DNA of 62,121 nt, filler included, from Stramenopiles sp. TOSAG23-3 (taxonomy: Eukaryota): assembly GCA_900128585.1 (NCBI GenBank). It is 26 parts of 26 records of this genome, joined end to end, with 100 filler letters (N's around TTAATTAATTAA, not from the genome) between each part and the next. Parts side by side here need not be neighbours in the genome. Positions count along the whole stretch, not along the records: positions 33,565 to 35,857 come from LT644908.1; positions 35,958 to 38,249 come from LT644909.1; positions 38,350 to 40,640 come from LT644910.1; positions 40,741 to 43,030 come from LT644911.1; 22 more parts are not named here. The stretch is one strand, 5' to 3'. This document shows, piece by piece, positions 33,833-43,130 of the stretch. Below the pieces are notes generated by a model. It saw only the letters and a program-made list of their open reading frames with translations. It ran no database searches and was not told the DNA's origin. Numbering within the stretch: the first letter of the stretch is position 1; each line of letters begins with the position of its first letter. Made by a program: the position numbers and the translations under genes.

Positions 33833-34680
33833 ACACTAAAAAAATTCGATCACAATTTTATCTGATCCGCGTCGCCTTTCGCTTTCGTGCTGTGGTACGT
33901 TTATTCTTTTCCAAATTGATTTGCAAATCGACTTTTTTTAGAACTTCCGGTTTTTTTGAACTCGGCAACAAATCCAGATTTTCTTGGGTCAGCTCAGGTA
34001 AAAAAAATACAAACTTCAAATCTCGTTTATTTCGTACAAGGAATTTAGGGCAGGAAGAGGATCTTGCGGGGAAGCTCCCGTTTTAATTTGGGTTCGAAAT
34101 ACTATTCTTAAAACCCAACCCCAACTTAATAAAACTCCGATTATATAATAATATTCACTACTAAAAAAACTAGTCACATAATTTATCTGATCCGTGTCCC
34201 CTTTCCCTTTCGTTCTGTGGTACGTTTATTCTTTTCCAAATTGATTTGAAAATTGAAATTCTTTTGCACTTTGGAATTTTTTGAACTCGGCCAACAAACT
34301 CAGATTTTTTTTGGGTCAGCTCAGTATCCAAGTAAAAAAATACGAATTTTAAATCCCGTTTATATCGTACAGGAAATTAGGGGAAGGAAGGAGAATTCGC
34401 AAGCTACTCTCCGTTTCAATTTGGGTTCGAATTATTGATATTAAACCACCAAAAAAGTTAAACCAAAAAAGTTAAAAGTATATTGCGTATTGCGTAATGC
34501 GTAATATACAAGTTAAAAAAAATCCCGTTTATATACAAGTTAAAAAAAATCCCGTTTATATCGTACAGGAAATTAGGGGAAGGAATAGGGCAGTCCCGGC
34601 TTCCTCCCAAATTAATTTGGGCTCAAATTATTGATATTAAACCACTAAAAAATTAAAAATATATTGCCTATTGCGTATTA
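33833..34680. repeat. Degenerate non-coding tandem repeat, ~326-bp period (2 full + 1 partial copy)
   Basis: tttatctgatccg...tgtggtacgtttattcttttccaaattgatttg...ttgggtcagctcag at ~33857 and ~34182. tcgtaca..ttaggg..aatttggg block occurs three times. Confidence 0.9.
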
Positions 34681-34748
34681 ATTAGATCTAGAAATTTTTC
34701 TAGAAATTTTCTAGACCAGCAAACCAGACAACAAAAGCAGCACGCAAC

Positions 34749-35120
34749 ATGGACGCCAATGGTCACGCCGCACTGACGCACGTTCTGAACGACGCTTCAT
34801 TGAGCGTCATCAAGCAATTGCGCGCGCAGCTCCAAGAGAAGGAGCGTAAAATCCAAGAGAAGGAGCGTAAAATCCGTGAGTTGGACCGGCAACTTGCGCG
34901 GGCGACCTTCATTCGTGCCATTGATGCAGAATTCATCGATAAATGCCAGTTCTTGTATCATAAAGACACCCGAAGTCTTGCAAAGCAGCTCGCACCGGCC
35001 TTATGTAAAATCGATGAGTTGGACCGGCAACTTGCGCGGGCGACTTACATTCGTGCCCGTCAAGCAGCTAAGCTAAGGAGGCTCCGCAGGCCACGGATTA
35101 ATCCGCAGGCCACGGATTAA
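34749..35120 (+). CDS. Small coiled-coil protein with internal duplications
   Basis: ATG follows an AT-rich region. QEKERKI x2 and ELDRQLARAT.IRA x2. Confidence 0.55.
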   Translation: MDANGHAALTHVLNDASLSVIKQLRAQLQEKERKIQEKERKIRELDRQLARATFIRAIDAEFIDKCQFLYHKDTRSLAKQLAPALCKIDELDRQLARATYIRARQAAKLRRLRRPRINPQATD

Positions 35121-35140
35121 TCCGCAGGCCACGGATTAAT
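35084..35140. repeat. 19-bp perfect tandem repeat x3 (CCGCAGGCCACGGATTAAT)
   Basis: Direct reading. Junctions create the palindrome CGGATTAATCCG. Contains the stop codons of both convergent ORFs. Confidence 0.97.
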
Positions 35141-35856
35141 TTCTGAGCTGCAATGGACCCACGGTGACCGTCCGGAATAACGCCGCGGTCCATTTGTTTG
35201 ATCGCGTAAGGCATATTTTCTCTCGCATTTTTTAGTCTTACGTGTTTAGGAATAGTTCGTAATTCTTTTGAATATTCTATAAAATAATTCAATTCATGTT
35301 CATTTGGAAGAGGGTAACCAAATTCGGCTAGGCGTGCGCGTTTCTCATCCGGTAAAGATAAATACGAAATAGAAGTAAAAAACACAAACGAATATCTCTT
35401 ACCTGTATATGGTAAAGCCATATGTGAAGCCATATGTGGTTCTTGCCCATTAAATAAAACAAGTTTATTATGTGTATCGACACAACCGCGGTTATTAATA
35501 TAAAGTTGACCTCGTTCGAAATTTCCAATACTTAGAGTTAAAGATGGTCCGACATTCCCATCAATATGCAATGTGCCCGATGTGAAATTTTTGTTTATTT
35601 GTATACTCGTAAATTTGAAGTTCGGTTTATAAATCTCCACTAATTTTATTAATGCAAATTGTAATTTAGATAGTTTGTTATTACTCGTATTTACACTAAT
35701 ATTCGTCCCGCTCCGAAAAGAATGTATCGCTCCCAAGCAGCAAGCTTCTTTCATTGTTTTTTCTTTAATGTCCGTCATGTGCCGAGTGTTGTACCGTGTG
35801 CTTTTAGGAAAGCCGCGAATCGAATCAATCAATTCAATTATAAAATCGGCATCGTC
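35098..35856 (-). CDS. 2OG-Fe(II) dioxygenase, TET/JBP-like, 5'-partial
   Basis: FTSIQINKNF, LHID (HxD), GPS...IGNFERGQL, FNGQEPH (distal His) and GKRYSFVFF (RxS). Frame open to the contig end. Confidence 0.78.
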   Translation of the reverse strand, partial: DDADFIIELIDSIRGFPKSTRYNTRHMTDIKEKTMKEACCLGAIHSFRSGTNISVNTSNNKLSKLQFALIKLVEIYKPNFKFTSIQINKNFTSGTLHIDGNVGPSLTLSIGNFERGQLYINNRGCVDTHNKLVLFNGQEPHMASHMALPYTGKRYSFVFFTSISYLSLPDEKRARLAEFGYPLPNEHELNYFIEYSKELRTIPKHVRLKNARENMPYAIKQMDRGVIPDGHRGSIAAQKLIRGLRINPWPAD

Positions 35857-36062
35857 TNNNNNNNNNNNNNNNNNNNNNNNNNNNNNNNNNNNNNNNNNNN
35901 NTTAATTAATTAANNNNNNNNNNNNNNNNNNNNNNNNNNNNNNNNNNNNNNNNNNNNAAACATGTTTAGATTCCATCACTTTCCAACAAATTGTGTACTC
36001 GATTTTACATCATTTTTTAACGGCACAAACGAATTCAAATCTGGCAGTATTTCTATTAAAAC

Positions 36063-38069
36063 ATGAAAGTATTTTCAACGCTTCAATTCGAAATGGAAAA
36101 GATTCTGGGAACAAAGCAATGTGGTTCAAGCAATGGCTTGCAACTATATAATACCGCCCTTAAGAGACAAAAACTGTCTCATGAAAAACGAAAATGCGAG
36201 GAAGGCGTGTACAATGGTGAAGTTAATGAAAATGGTAACAAGTGCGGCGAGGGTATTATGTGTTACTTTAACAAAAACGTGTACAAAGGCTGCTGGTACA
36301 AAGACAAGCCGCACGGCTACGGGGAGATGAGGTACTACGAAGGGCACACCTACAAAGGTGACTGGTTCGATGGAAAGCGACATGGCCGAGGGACGATTGC
36401 CTTCCAAAACGGCGAGGTCTGGGAGGGCATGTGGGAAGACGACCAGCGACGAAAGGTAACAATTGATAATATTCCACTGGTATGCAAGCGCATAATTGGT
36501 TCGTTTGCCGCTTCCTCGCCAACTGACTGCAAGCATTTGTTGATAGTAAACAAAGATTTTTCGTCCATAACCAGGCCATGGGTTGCTAAGATGAGCGAGA
36601 CGATTAAAACTTTGCCTATTCTTCCCGATCGTATCCGAGAAAAGCTGCTGGGCAAAAAAGAGACACCGGTCCACCAATTCTTTCATATGACAACGTTGAC
36701 CAAACTTTATGTCGATGAGAATGGAATCAATGATCACGTGATGGAGGCGGTGTCCTGCGTATTGCCTTTCATGAAAGCGTTGGAGGAGTTTGGTTTGAAA
36801 GGGGGTCGAATTGGCCCTGCAGGCGTGGAAAGCTTGTCCAAAGTGTTGCCGCATTTGAAAGCGCTGCATTACCTGTGTTTGAACGAAACTCAAATGGGAT
36901 GTGAAGGTATGGAGCATGTCTCCCGCGCATTGCCCAGCCTGAAAGCCTTAAAGACTCTTAATTTAGATGAAAACCAAATCGGACCCAAAGGCATGATTTA
37001 TTTTTCTGGTGCATTGCCTCAGATGACCGCATTGCGGATGCTTTCTTTGGACAACAATCATATCGGAGATCAAGGCCTGGAAACATTGTCTAATACACTG
37101 CCTCGGCTTAAAGGGTTAGAGAGACTCTACTTGTACTGCAACCAAATCGGTGACCAAAGCATGGAAAAATTTTCCGAGGCGTTGCCCCAGCTGACTGCAT
37201 TGACCATACTATCTTTGGGGGACAACCAAATTGGGGATCAAGGCATAAAGGCATTGTCCCTAGCGTTGCCTATGCTGAAAGCTTTGGAGAGGCTTAATTT
37301 GCATTCTAACAAAATAGGCGATGACGGTATGGAACATTTCTCCAGTGCGGCCCCTTTTATGACAGGATTGCATATGCTTTCGTTGGGCGACAACCAAATC
37401 AGTGATCGTGGTGCAAAACATTTATCCAAGGAATTGCCGCTGATGAAAGCATTGAAGGCGCTTTCTTTGAGACATAACCGGATCGGTGAACGAGGTATTG
37501 AATGTTTATCCCACGTACTGCCCCTGATGGCAGGATTGAATGCGCTGTCTCTGGGTGGTAACGAAATAGATGACCAAAGCCTGAAATATCTGTCCGATGC
37601 GCTGTGCCAGATGGTTGCATTGACTAACCTTAGTTTAGACCATAACCAAATCGGGGATCAAGGAATGCTATATTTGTCGACCGCGATGCCTAAGATGACG
37701 GCATTGCATGTACTTTCTTTAGGTGACAACCAAATTGGAGACAAAGGCATGGAATACTTGTCCAATGCATTGCCTCATATGACCGCCATTGACAACCTCA
37801 GTTTAGATCACAACCAAATCAACTGCACTGGTATGGAACATTTGTCCAAAGTGTTATCTAAAATGACTTCGTTAAGTAGTCTGTGTTTAGCCGATAACCA
37901 AATAGGGGACCGAGGCGTTGAACATCTGTCCAAGGCAATTCGTCAAATGAAACAATTGAATTATCTGTGCCTGTGCGGCAATTCAATCTCAACCAATGGG
38001 GACGGGGCAAAGGCATTGCGAGAAGCATGGAAACTCATTCCAAGGAAAGGGAGGTGCCTAGACAATTAA
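36063..38069 (+). CDS. MORN repeats + F-box-like + 16 RNI/NLRC3-type LRRs
   Basis: Y.G.W..G..HG.G MORN units, TIDNIPLVCKRIIGSF, and 28-aa L..L.L..NQIGD.G repeats. Confidence 0.9.
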   Translation: MKVFSTLQFEMEKILGTKQCGSSNGLQLYNTALKRQKLSHEKRKCEEGVYNGEVNENGNKCGEGIMCYFNKNVYKGCWYKDKPHGYGEMRYYEGHTYKGDWFDGKRHGRGTIAFQNGEVWEGMWEDDQRRKVTIDNIPLVCKRIIGSFAASSPTDCKHLLIVNKDFSSITRPWVAKMSETIKTLPILPDRIREKLLGKKETPVHQFFHMTTLTKLYVDENGINDHVMEAVSCVLPFMKALEEFGLKGGRIGPAGVESLSKVLPHLKALHYLCLNETQMGCEGMEHVSRALPSLKALKTLNLDENQIGPKGMIYFSGALPQMTALRMLSLDNNHIGDQGLETLSNTLPRLKGLERLYLYCNQIGDQSMEKFSEALPQLTALTILSLGDNQIGDQGIKALSLALPMLKALERLNLHSNKIGDDGMEHFSSAAPFMTGLHMLSLGDNQISDRGAKHLSKELPLMKALKALSLRHNRIGERGIECLSHVLPLMAGLNALSLGGNEIDDQSLKYLSDALCQMVALTNLSLDHNQIGDQGMLYLSTAMPKMTALHVLSLGDNQIGDKGMEYLSNALPHMTAIDNLSLDHNQINCTGMEHLSKVLSKMTSLSSLCLADNQIGDRGVEHLSKAIRQMKQLNYLCLCGNSISTNGDGAKALREAWKLIPRKGRCLDN

Positions 38070-38349
38070 TTACGTTTTAATATACTTTGCAAAAAACAAA
38101 TAATATTATATACACACAACTATTGCACACTAATATATACATATGTAAAAAAATATTTTGTTTTTTATATAAAATGATTGACAACCAACAATGAAACAAA
38201 ATTACAGAACCAAGTTAGGTTTAGGGTACGAAGAAGCTAAATTTAATTANNNNNNNNNNNNNNNNNNNNNNNNNNNNNNNNNNNNNNNNNNNNTTAATTA
38301 ATTAANNNNNNNNNNNNNNNNNNNNNNNNNNNNNNNNNNNNNNNNNNNN

Positions 38350-39243
38350 ATGGCCAGCATTGGTTCAAACACAACAATTGAGTGGACGACTGGCAGAACT
38401 GGCCGAATCGTAGTGTTGAAAAATGGGCATTCAGGAAGCACTTGGTTGGCAAAGATGTTATCAAGTCTTCCACGCTTTTTTTTTATGAAAGAGACCATGA
38501 ACAACAAGACTGCAAAAGGACGTACGATTGAAGAAATTCGACAACATTTAACTGTGGCTCTGAGTCAACCTCACGGAAAGATTCACAGACCCTCTGATTT
38601 TGTGCGCCCGCCTTCGGATACCCTGCCTCTCAGCGCTATCGGATACAGCATAAACCCCGTGATAGGAGCGAAGCAGAGGCAACGGGGCACGGCAGTGAAC
38701 GGGGAAACCCCAGTGACCGACGAAAGCTGGCATGTTTTAGAGGGAATAGAGGATTATATTTTAGGATTGCCAGAGATGTATGAAAACGTCTCAGTGGTTA
38801 TCATACACCGGACTAATGTGGTGAAACAAGCGCTTTCCACCAGTGGCAGCAAGATAGATGCGAAACAGCCTGGTGCCATTCAGCTGGAGCCAGCCGATCT
38901 ATTGGTCGACACTGAAGAATTTTTTCATCGGAATAAATTGTTGTTGGAGCTAGCGAATCGCCTCCGCGAGAACACCAACCTCAATGTTATTCAGTTCCCC
39001 TACGAAGAATTGCAGCAGGATGTTGGTGGAACGTTACTCCGCATTTTGGATTCTATTAGTGTTGCAATGCCCCAGAACACGATAGACGACATTAGTGGTA
39101 CGAAAAAAGCTAGCAGCGAAGACTTAAGGGTCAGACTGGAGAATTTCGTTGATATTGATAATTTTTTCACATCCCATGCGCATCCATTGTTTCTTAAAAT
39201 GCTTCGTTCAACTACATCGGAAGTATTCCCCACAGAGAAGTAG
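38350..39243 (+). CDS. Sulfotransferase (Stf0-like/P-loop), probably 5'-partial
   Basis: 5'-PSB loop HSGSTWL, IHRTNVVKQALS, FPYEEL and KKASSEDLRVRLENF. Confidence 0.75.
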   Translation: MASIGSNTTIEWTTGRTGRIVVLKNGHSGSTWLAKMLSSLPRFFFMKETMNNKTAKGRTIEEIRQHLTVALSQPHGKIHRPSDFVRPPSDTLPLSAIGYSINPVIGAKQRQRGTAVNGETPVTDESWHVLEGIEDYILGLPEMYENVSVVIIHRTNVVKQALSTSGSKIDAKQPGAIQLEPADLLVDTEEFFHRNKLLLELANRLRENTNLNVIQFPYEELQQDVGGTLLRILDSISVAMPQNTIDDISGTKKASSEDLRVRLENFVDIDNFFTSHAHPLFLKMLRSTTSEVFPTEK

Positions 39244-39950
39244 ATCATCACAATCTGAAATCATCAGAGCTTTTTTTATTTTAGTATATATAGTACCTAA
39301 CTTTTTTTTGAAATTAAAATAATATACAACAATAATATATAATTTCATATAATAAATAATAGCTATTTAGCAGGAGGTAATTATTTAATTTTTAATAAAA
39401 AAAAATATTTATTTTATAATTAAATACTACTGAAGAAGACAACAGCAAAAAAAACTGAGTTTTATTTATAATTAAAGTGTCTCTCTATAGTTCAATCAAT
39501 GCAGTTTGAAGTTAATAATAATATTAATACAAGTACAGACTATATAGACAAATATACATTTTTACGGTCTTTTATTACTTACGACGTATAGAGACTAATG
39601 ACGGCTTATTTTTATTACATAATATAATAACAATACAACGAACACTATACAACGTAGTCTAGTCTATGCCAGTAGAATAAATTGTTTTGATGGTGATTAT
39701 TAATTATATATTCTTTCTTTCTTCTATAATTTATTATTGTGTTTTTGCATAACGGTCCATCCATCATAATAATATCAAAACACTCTTTTTAATCACTAAC
39801 TTCTATTTAAATTATATACTACCGATATCAGTTTTCTTGGTGCCCTGGACCACTTTTTACAGGAACAAAAAAAAGGAAGAGAGACCCGTTTCAGAAGATT
39901 ACCGTGGTCGTCTTGTGAAGGGTACTTTCGTGTTTTTTGTTGTTGTTGAG

Positions 39951-40640
39951 ATGGGTGGTGGTTCTTCAAAACATGATAATTCCGAGCAAGTTGCCGCTTC
40001 TTCGAGCACCGTGCGCCCAGGACAATCTGTAGACAGTAGGGTTAACAAACCAAATCCAGCTTCAACAGATATAGCTGTCATCAAGTTTTCGACAAACACG
40101 TTGACCGTGGAAATATTTTGGTACTTTCACGAAGATGGATTTACAATACCTTCCCCCGTGCCCCATAGCAGCATTAGACTGCTTCAGAACTACTCCGCGG
40201 GGCAGAAGCGAGAAAACCGTAGCTTCCTAATAGAAAAACAGGCTTTGTGCGAGATTGCGGACGCTTGCAAGGGCACCAACCGGACGTTTCTTATTGCAGA
40301 CGTGCTATCTTTGACAGGGCAGATTTTGCTAGATTTTGTGTTTCAACAGCCTTGGTTTCATAAGCACCCGGAAAATGTTTTGGTATTTTGTTCACCTACC
40401 GTCGGCCTTCCGAAAGACAGCGACACGCACCCTTTGTTGTTCGGAAACGGTCACGCATTTTACCCAACCCTAGCGTCCTTGGGCAGGTTAGTTACAAAAT
40501 TCAAGAAGAAGAAAACTTGCAAATCGAAAATCGTTTTCGTGCCTCGACACTTGCTATGCAAGAGAGGAAATTTCTTTTTTCGAAAGTTGTTGCCAGACAT
40601 CATAGAACAGATAGTAGAGCTGGACGAGTCAAAAATGGGC
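39951..40640 (+). CDS. Uncharacterised, putatively myristoylated protein, 3'-partial
   Basis: MGGGSS N-terminus. Frame open to the contig end. Confidence 0.6.
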
Positions 40641-40808
40641 NNNNNNNNNNNNNNNNNNNNNNNNNNNNNNNNNNNNNNNNNNNNTTAATTAATTAANNNN
40701 NNNNNNNNNNNNNNNNNNNNNNNNNNNNNNNNNNNNNNNNACATATATATATATATATATATATCATTTTTATTATATTAAAACGATAGTTAATCACAAC
40801 AACAAACA

Positions 40809-41873
40809 ATGAAACCGGTACCACAACATTCCAATCGTTTAATAGCTGCACGTCAACGAAGACGTGCAAAACGTTTACATGCAAAACGTTTAAATGCAAT
40901 CAATAACCGTAAAAAAGGGAGAGGGACGTTGGATAACAAAGCACCAAGAACAATTGGTATGTCTCATTTAATTGTCAATGCTAAACGTGATAAAAAAATG
41001 GAAGAACGTTTTGATGAAATTGAAAAACAAAATAAAATATTATTACAAAAAATGACTAAAATTATGAAATCCAAAGTATTTTCATTTCCACAAACAAGTG
41101 GACCACGTAGTTTGAATTTACAAACTAGGCGTAGAAAGATGTTATTAGTCAACCATGATAATCGTTTATTGTTGGAACGTATAAGCAACGTACAACCATT
41201 GTATGATCGTAAACTATGGAAAAAAGATGATAAACGTAATCGTCATATTGTTAAAAATTTAAGTAAATTTCATCCAGATGAAAATTTTCTACCAAGTTCA
41301 GCTAGTTCTATTATGAAAACTAGTAAAAGTCGTGCTGCTGGTAATAAAAACAATACCACTGCTACTATACCAAAACGACCAGCAACTACAAATAATAATA
41401 AAAATAAAACAAAATCAGCGGGTGGACGTCGTATTGTTGATAAAAATAATAATAGGAAACCAAATACGGCAAATGGTGTTATTAGTACTGGTACAAATTT
41501 AATAGTGGAAAAACCTAATAATAATGATAATAATAGTAGTAAGAAGGATAATAATAATAAAGAAGATCAAATACAAAATGCAACAACAACAGAGGAAGAA
41601 CCACCAAAACCAATAGTACCAACAAAAACACCTGAACAAATAACAGTTGAATCTATTTTTAATACAATTGATCCAAAACATAATGGTGTCATTTCAAGGC
41701 GAAAGTTTTTGAGGAGCGTGCAACTGAATACAAAAGTACAAACATTATTGAACTCGAATGAAAAATTAAAACATTTAACACATAGCAAAGAAATCATGGC
41801 AAAATTCAAAGAAATGGATGAAAACAATGATAAAGAAGTTAGTATTGAAGAGATGTTAACTTATGCCCAGTAA
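40809..41873 (+). CDS. CFAP97/Hemingway (KIAA1430) domain protein with C-terminal EF-hands
   Basis: LDNKAP..HL..NAKR...EERFDEIEKQNKILLQKM and RSLN...R.......N..LL.RI. EF loop DENNDKEVSIEE. Confidence 0.8.
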   Translation: MKPVPQHSNRLIAARQRRRAKRLHAKRLNAINNRKKGRGTLDNKAPRTIGMSHLIVNAKRDKKMEERFDEIEKQNKILLQKMTKIMKSKVFSFPQTSGPRSLNLQTRRRKMLLVNHDNRLLLERISNVQPLYDRKLWKKDDKRNRHIVKNLSKFHPDENFLPSSASSIMKTSKSRAAGNKNNTTATIPKRPATTNNNKNKTKSAGGRRIVDKNNNRKPNTANGVISTGTNLIVEKPNNNDNNSSKKDNNNKEDQIQNATTTEEEPPKPIVPTKTPEQITVESIFNTIDPKHNGVISRRKFLRSVQLNTKVQTLLNSNEKLKHLTHSKEIMAKFKEMDENNDKEVSIEEMLTYAQ

Positions 41874-42099
41874 AAAGAGTGTGTTTTTTATATAAAACAA
41901 TATAGTTAAAAATTTAATCATATACTTTTAACTTTTACGAACTACGAACGTGTGTGTATATAGTATATATATACTTCGTACAACGTAATCAATACCTCTC
42001 TACCTCTCTCGTATACGCGCGTAAAAAAAATCTTCACATTCATTTTCACACACAAGTTCTACGTACTAAAAATATACTCGTACGCGTACCATATATATA

Positions 42100-43030
42100 T
42101 CATTCCCCATAATATTGCCTCAAACCATCACGTAATGGACCTTGTATCCCACATGATTTTAAAAATTGTTCCCATGCTTGATCATTACCTTTGCTTTGTT
42201 TCATACCTAATACAATTTGACCAAACATTTGTTTAATTTCATTTGTTATATCATCTAAATATTGCTTTTTATTAATGCTTACTAATGCATGTGCAACATA
42301 ACGAAAATTTGTTATTGCTAAATTTGGATTATTTTGTATAATTAAACATAAACCATGATAGGTATCATGACGTTCACCCTGTATAAATGTATACATAAAA
42401 AAGGTTAGTATATATATATATATATATATGAGTAAGAGAAAATTATATATATTATATATAAACAAACTCAGTTTGTTGACATATTATTTCGATATATATA
42501 TATATATAAGAAAACTTACCAATGGACGTATACGATTAATTAACATGCAATAATTTGGAAAATATGATCCCATATGTTGTGCAATAAGCGTTGGACTGCC
42601 AATTGCAAATCTACTAATAGTTACTATACAATTATTTTTAATTTCTATCGGTGCATATTTATCCATATATATTCTAGAAATTTTTTCAAAAAATGCAATA
42701 CCTGCCATTCCAATAAAACCATTTGCATTTGTACCAATTGCTTTACTAATTTCACCTAATGCCCATATAGAATTATTACATGTATCATTTTGCATATTAT
42801 TCATCATATAATTACTATACCCAACATCATCATCTTCCTCTTCCGTATTATACCGTAAATCTCTCATCATATTATCAATTAAAGTTGTAAATAATTTATT
42901 TAAATCATTATTATTTGGATTGAAAATCATGGTAATATTATGTTTACTAATTTCACCAATCAATGCATATGTACTTAAACGTATATCAGCAATATGACTT
43001 TCACATAGATGTGGTAATAATTGAATTAAA
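42100..43030 (-). CDS. TNPO1: Transportin-1 (importin beta-2) C-terminus, two exons, 5'-partial
   Basis: NNSIWALGEIS, NNCIVTISRF..GSP, then after the intron GERHDTYHGLCLIIQNNP...MFGQIV.GMK...WEQF...LRQYYG. Confidence 0.8.
42379..42519 (-). other. Spliceosomal intron (141 nt, phase 0)
   Basis: GTAAGT donor at 42519, TACTAAC branch site at 42404-42410, CAG acceptor ending 42379. Splicing joins RPL to GERHD in frame. Confidence 0.88.
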
Positions 43031-43130
43031 NNNNNNNNNNNNNNNNNNNNNNNNNNNNNNNNNNNNNNNNNNNNTTAATTAATTAANNNNNNNNNNNNNN
43101 NNNNNNNNNNNNNNNNNNNNNNNNNNNNNN

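Noticed and set aside
31714-38069. DGQHR + dioxygenase + LRR genes as a defence island
   Set aside because: They lie on three separate contigs that are adjacent only through size sorting.
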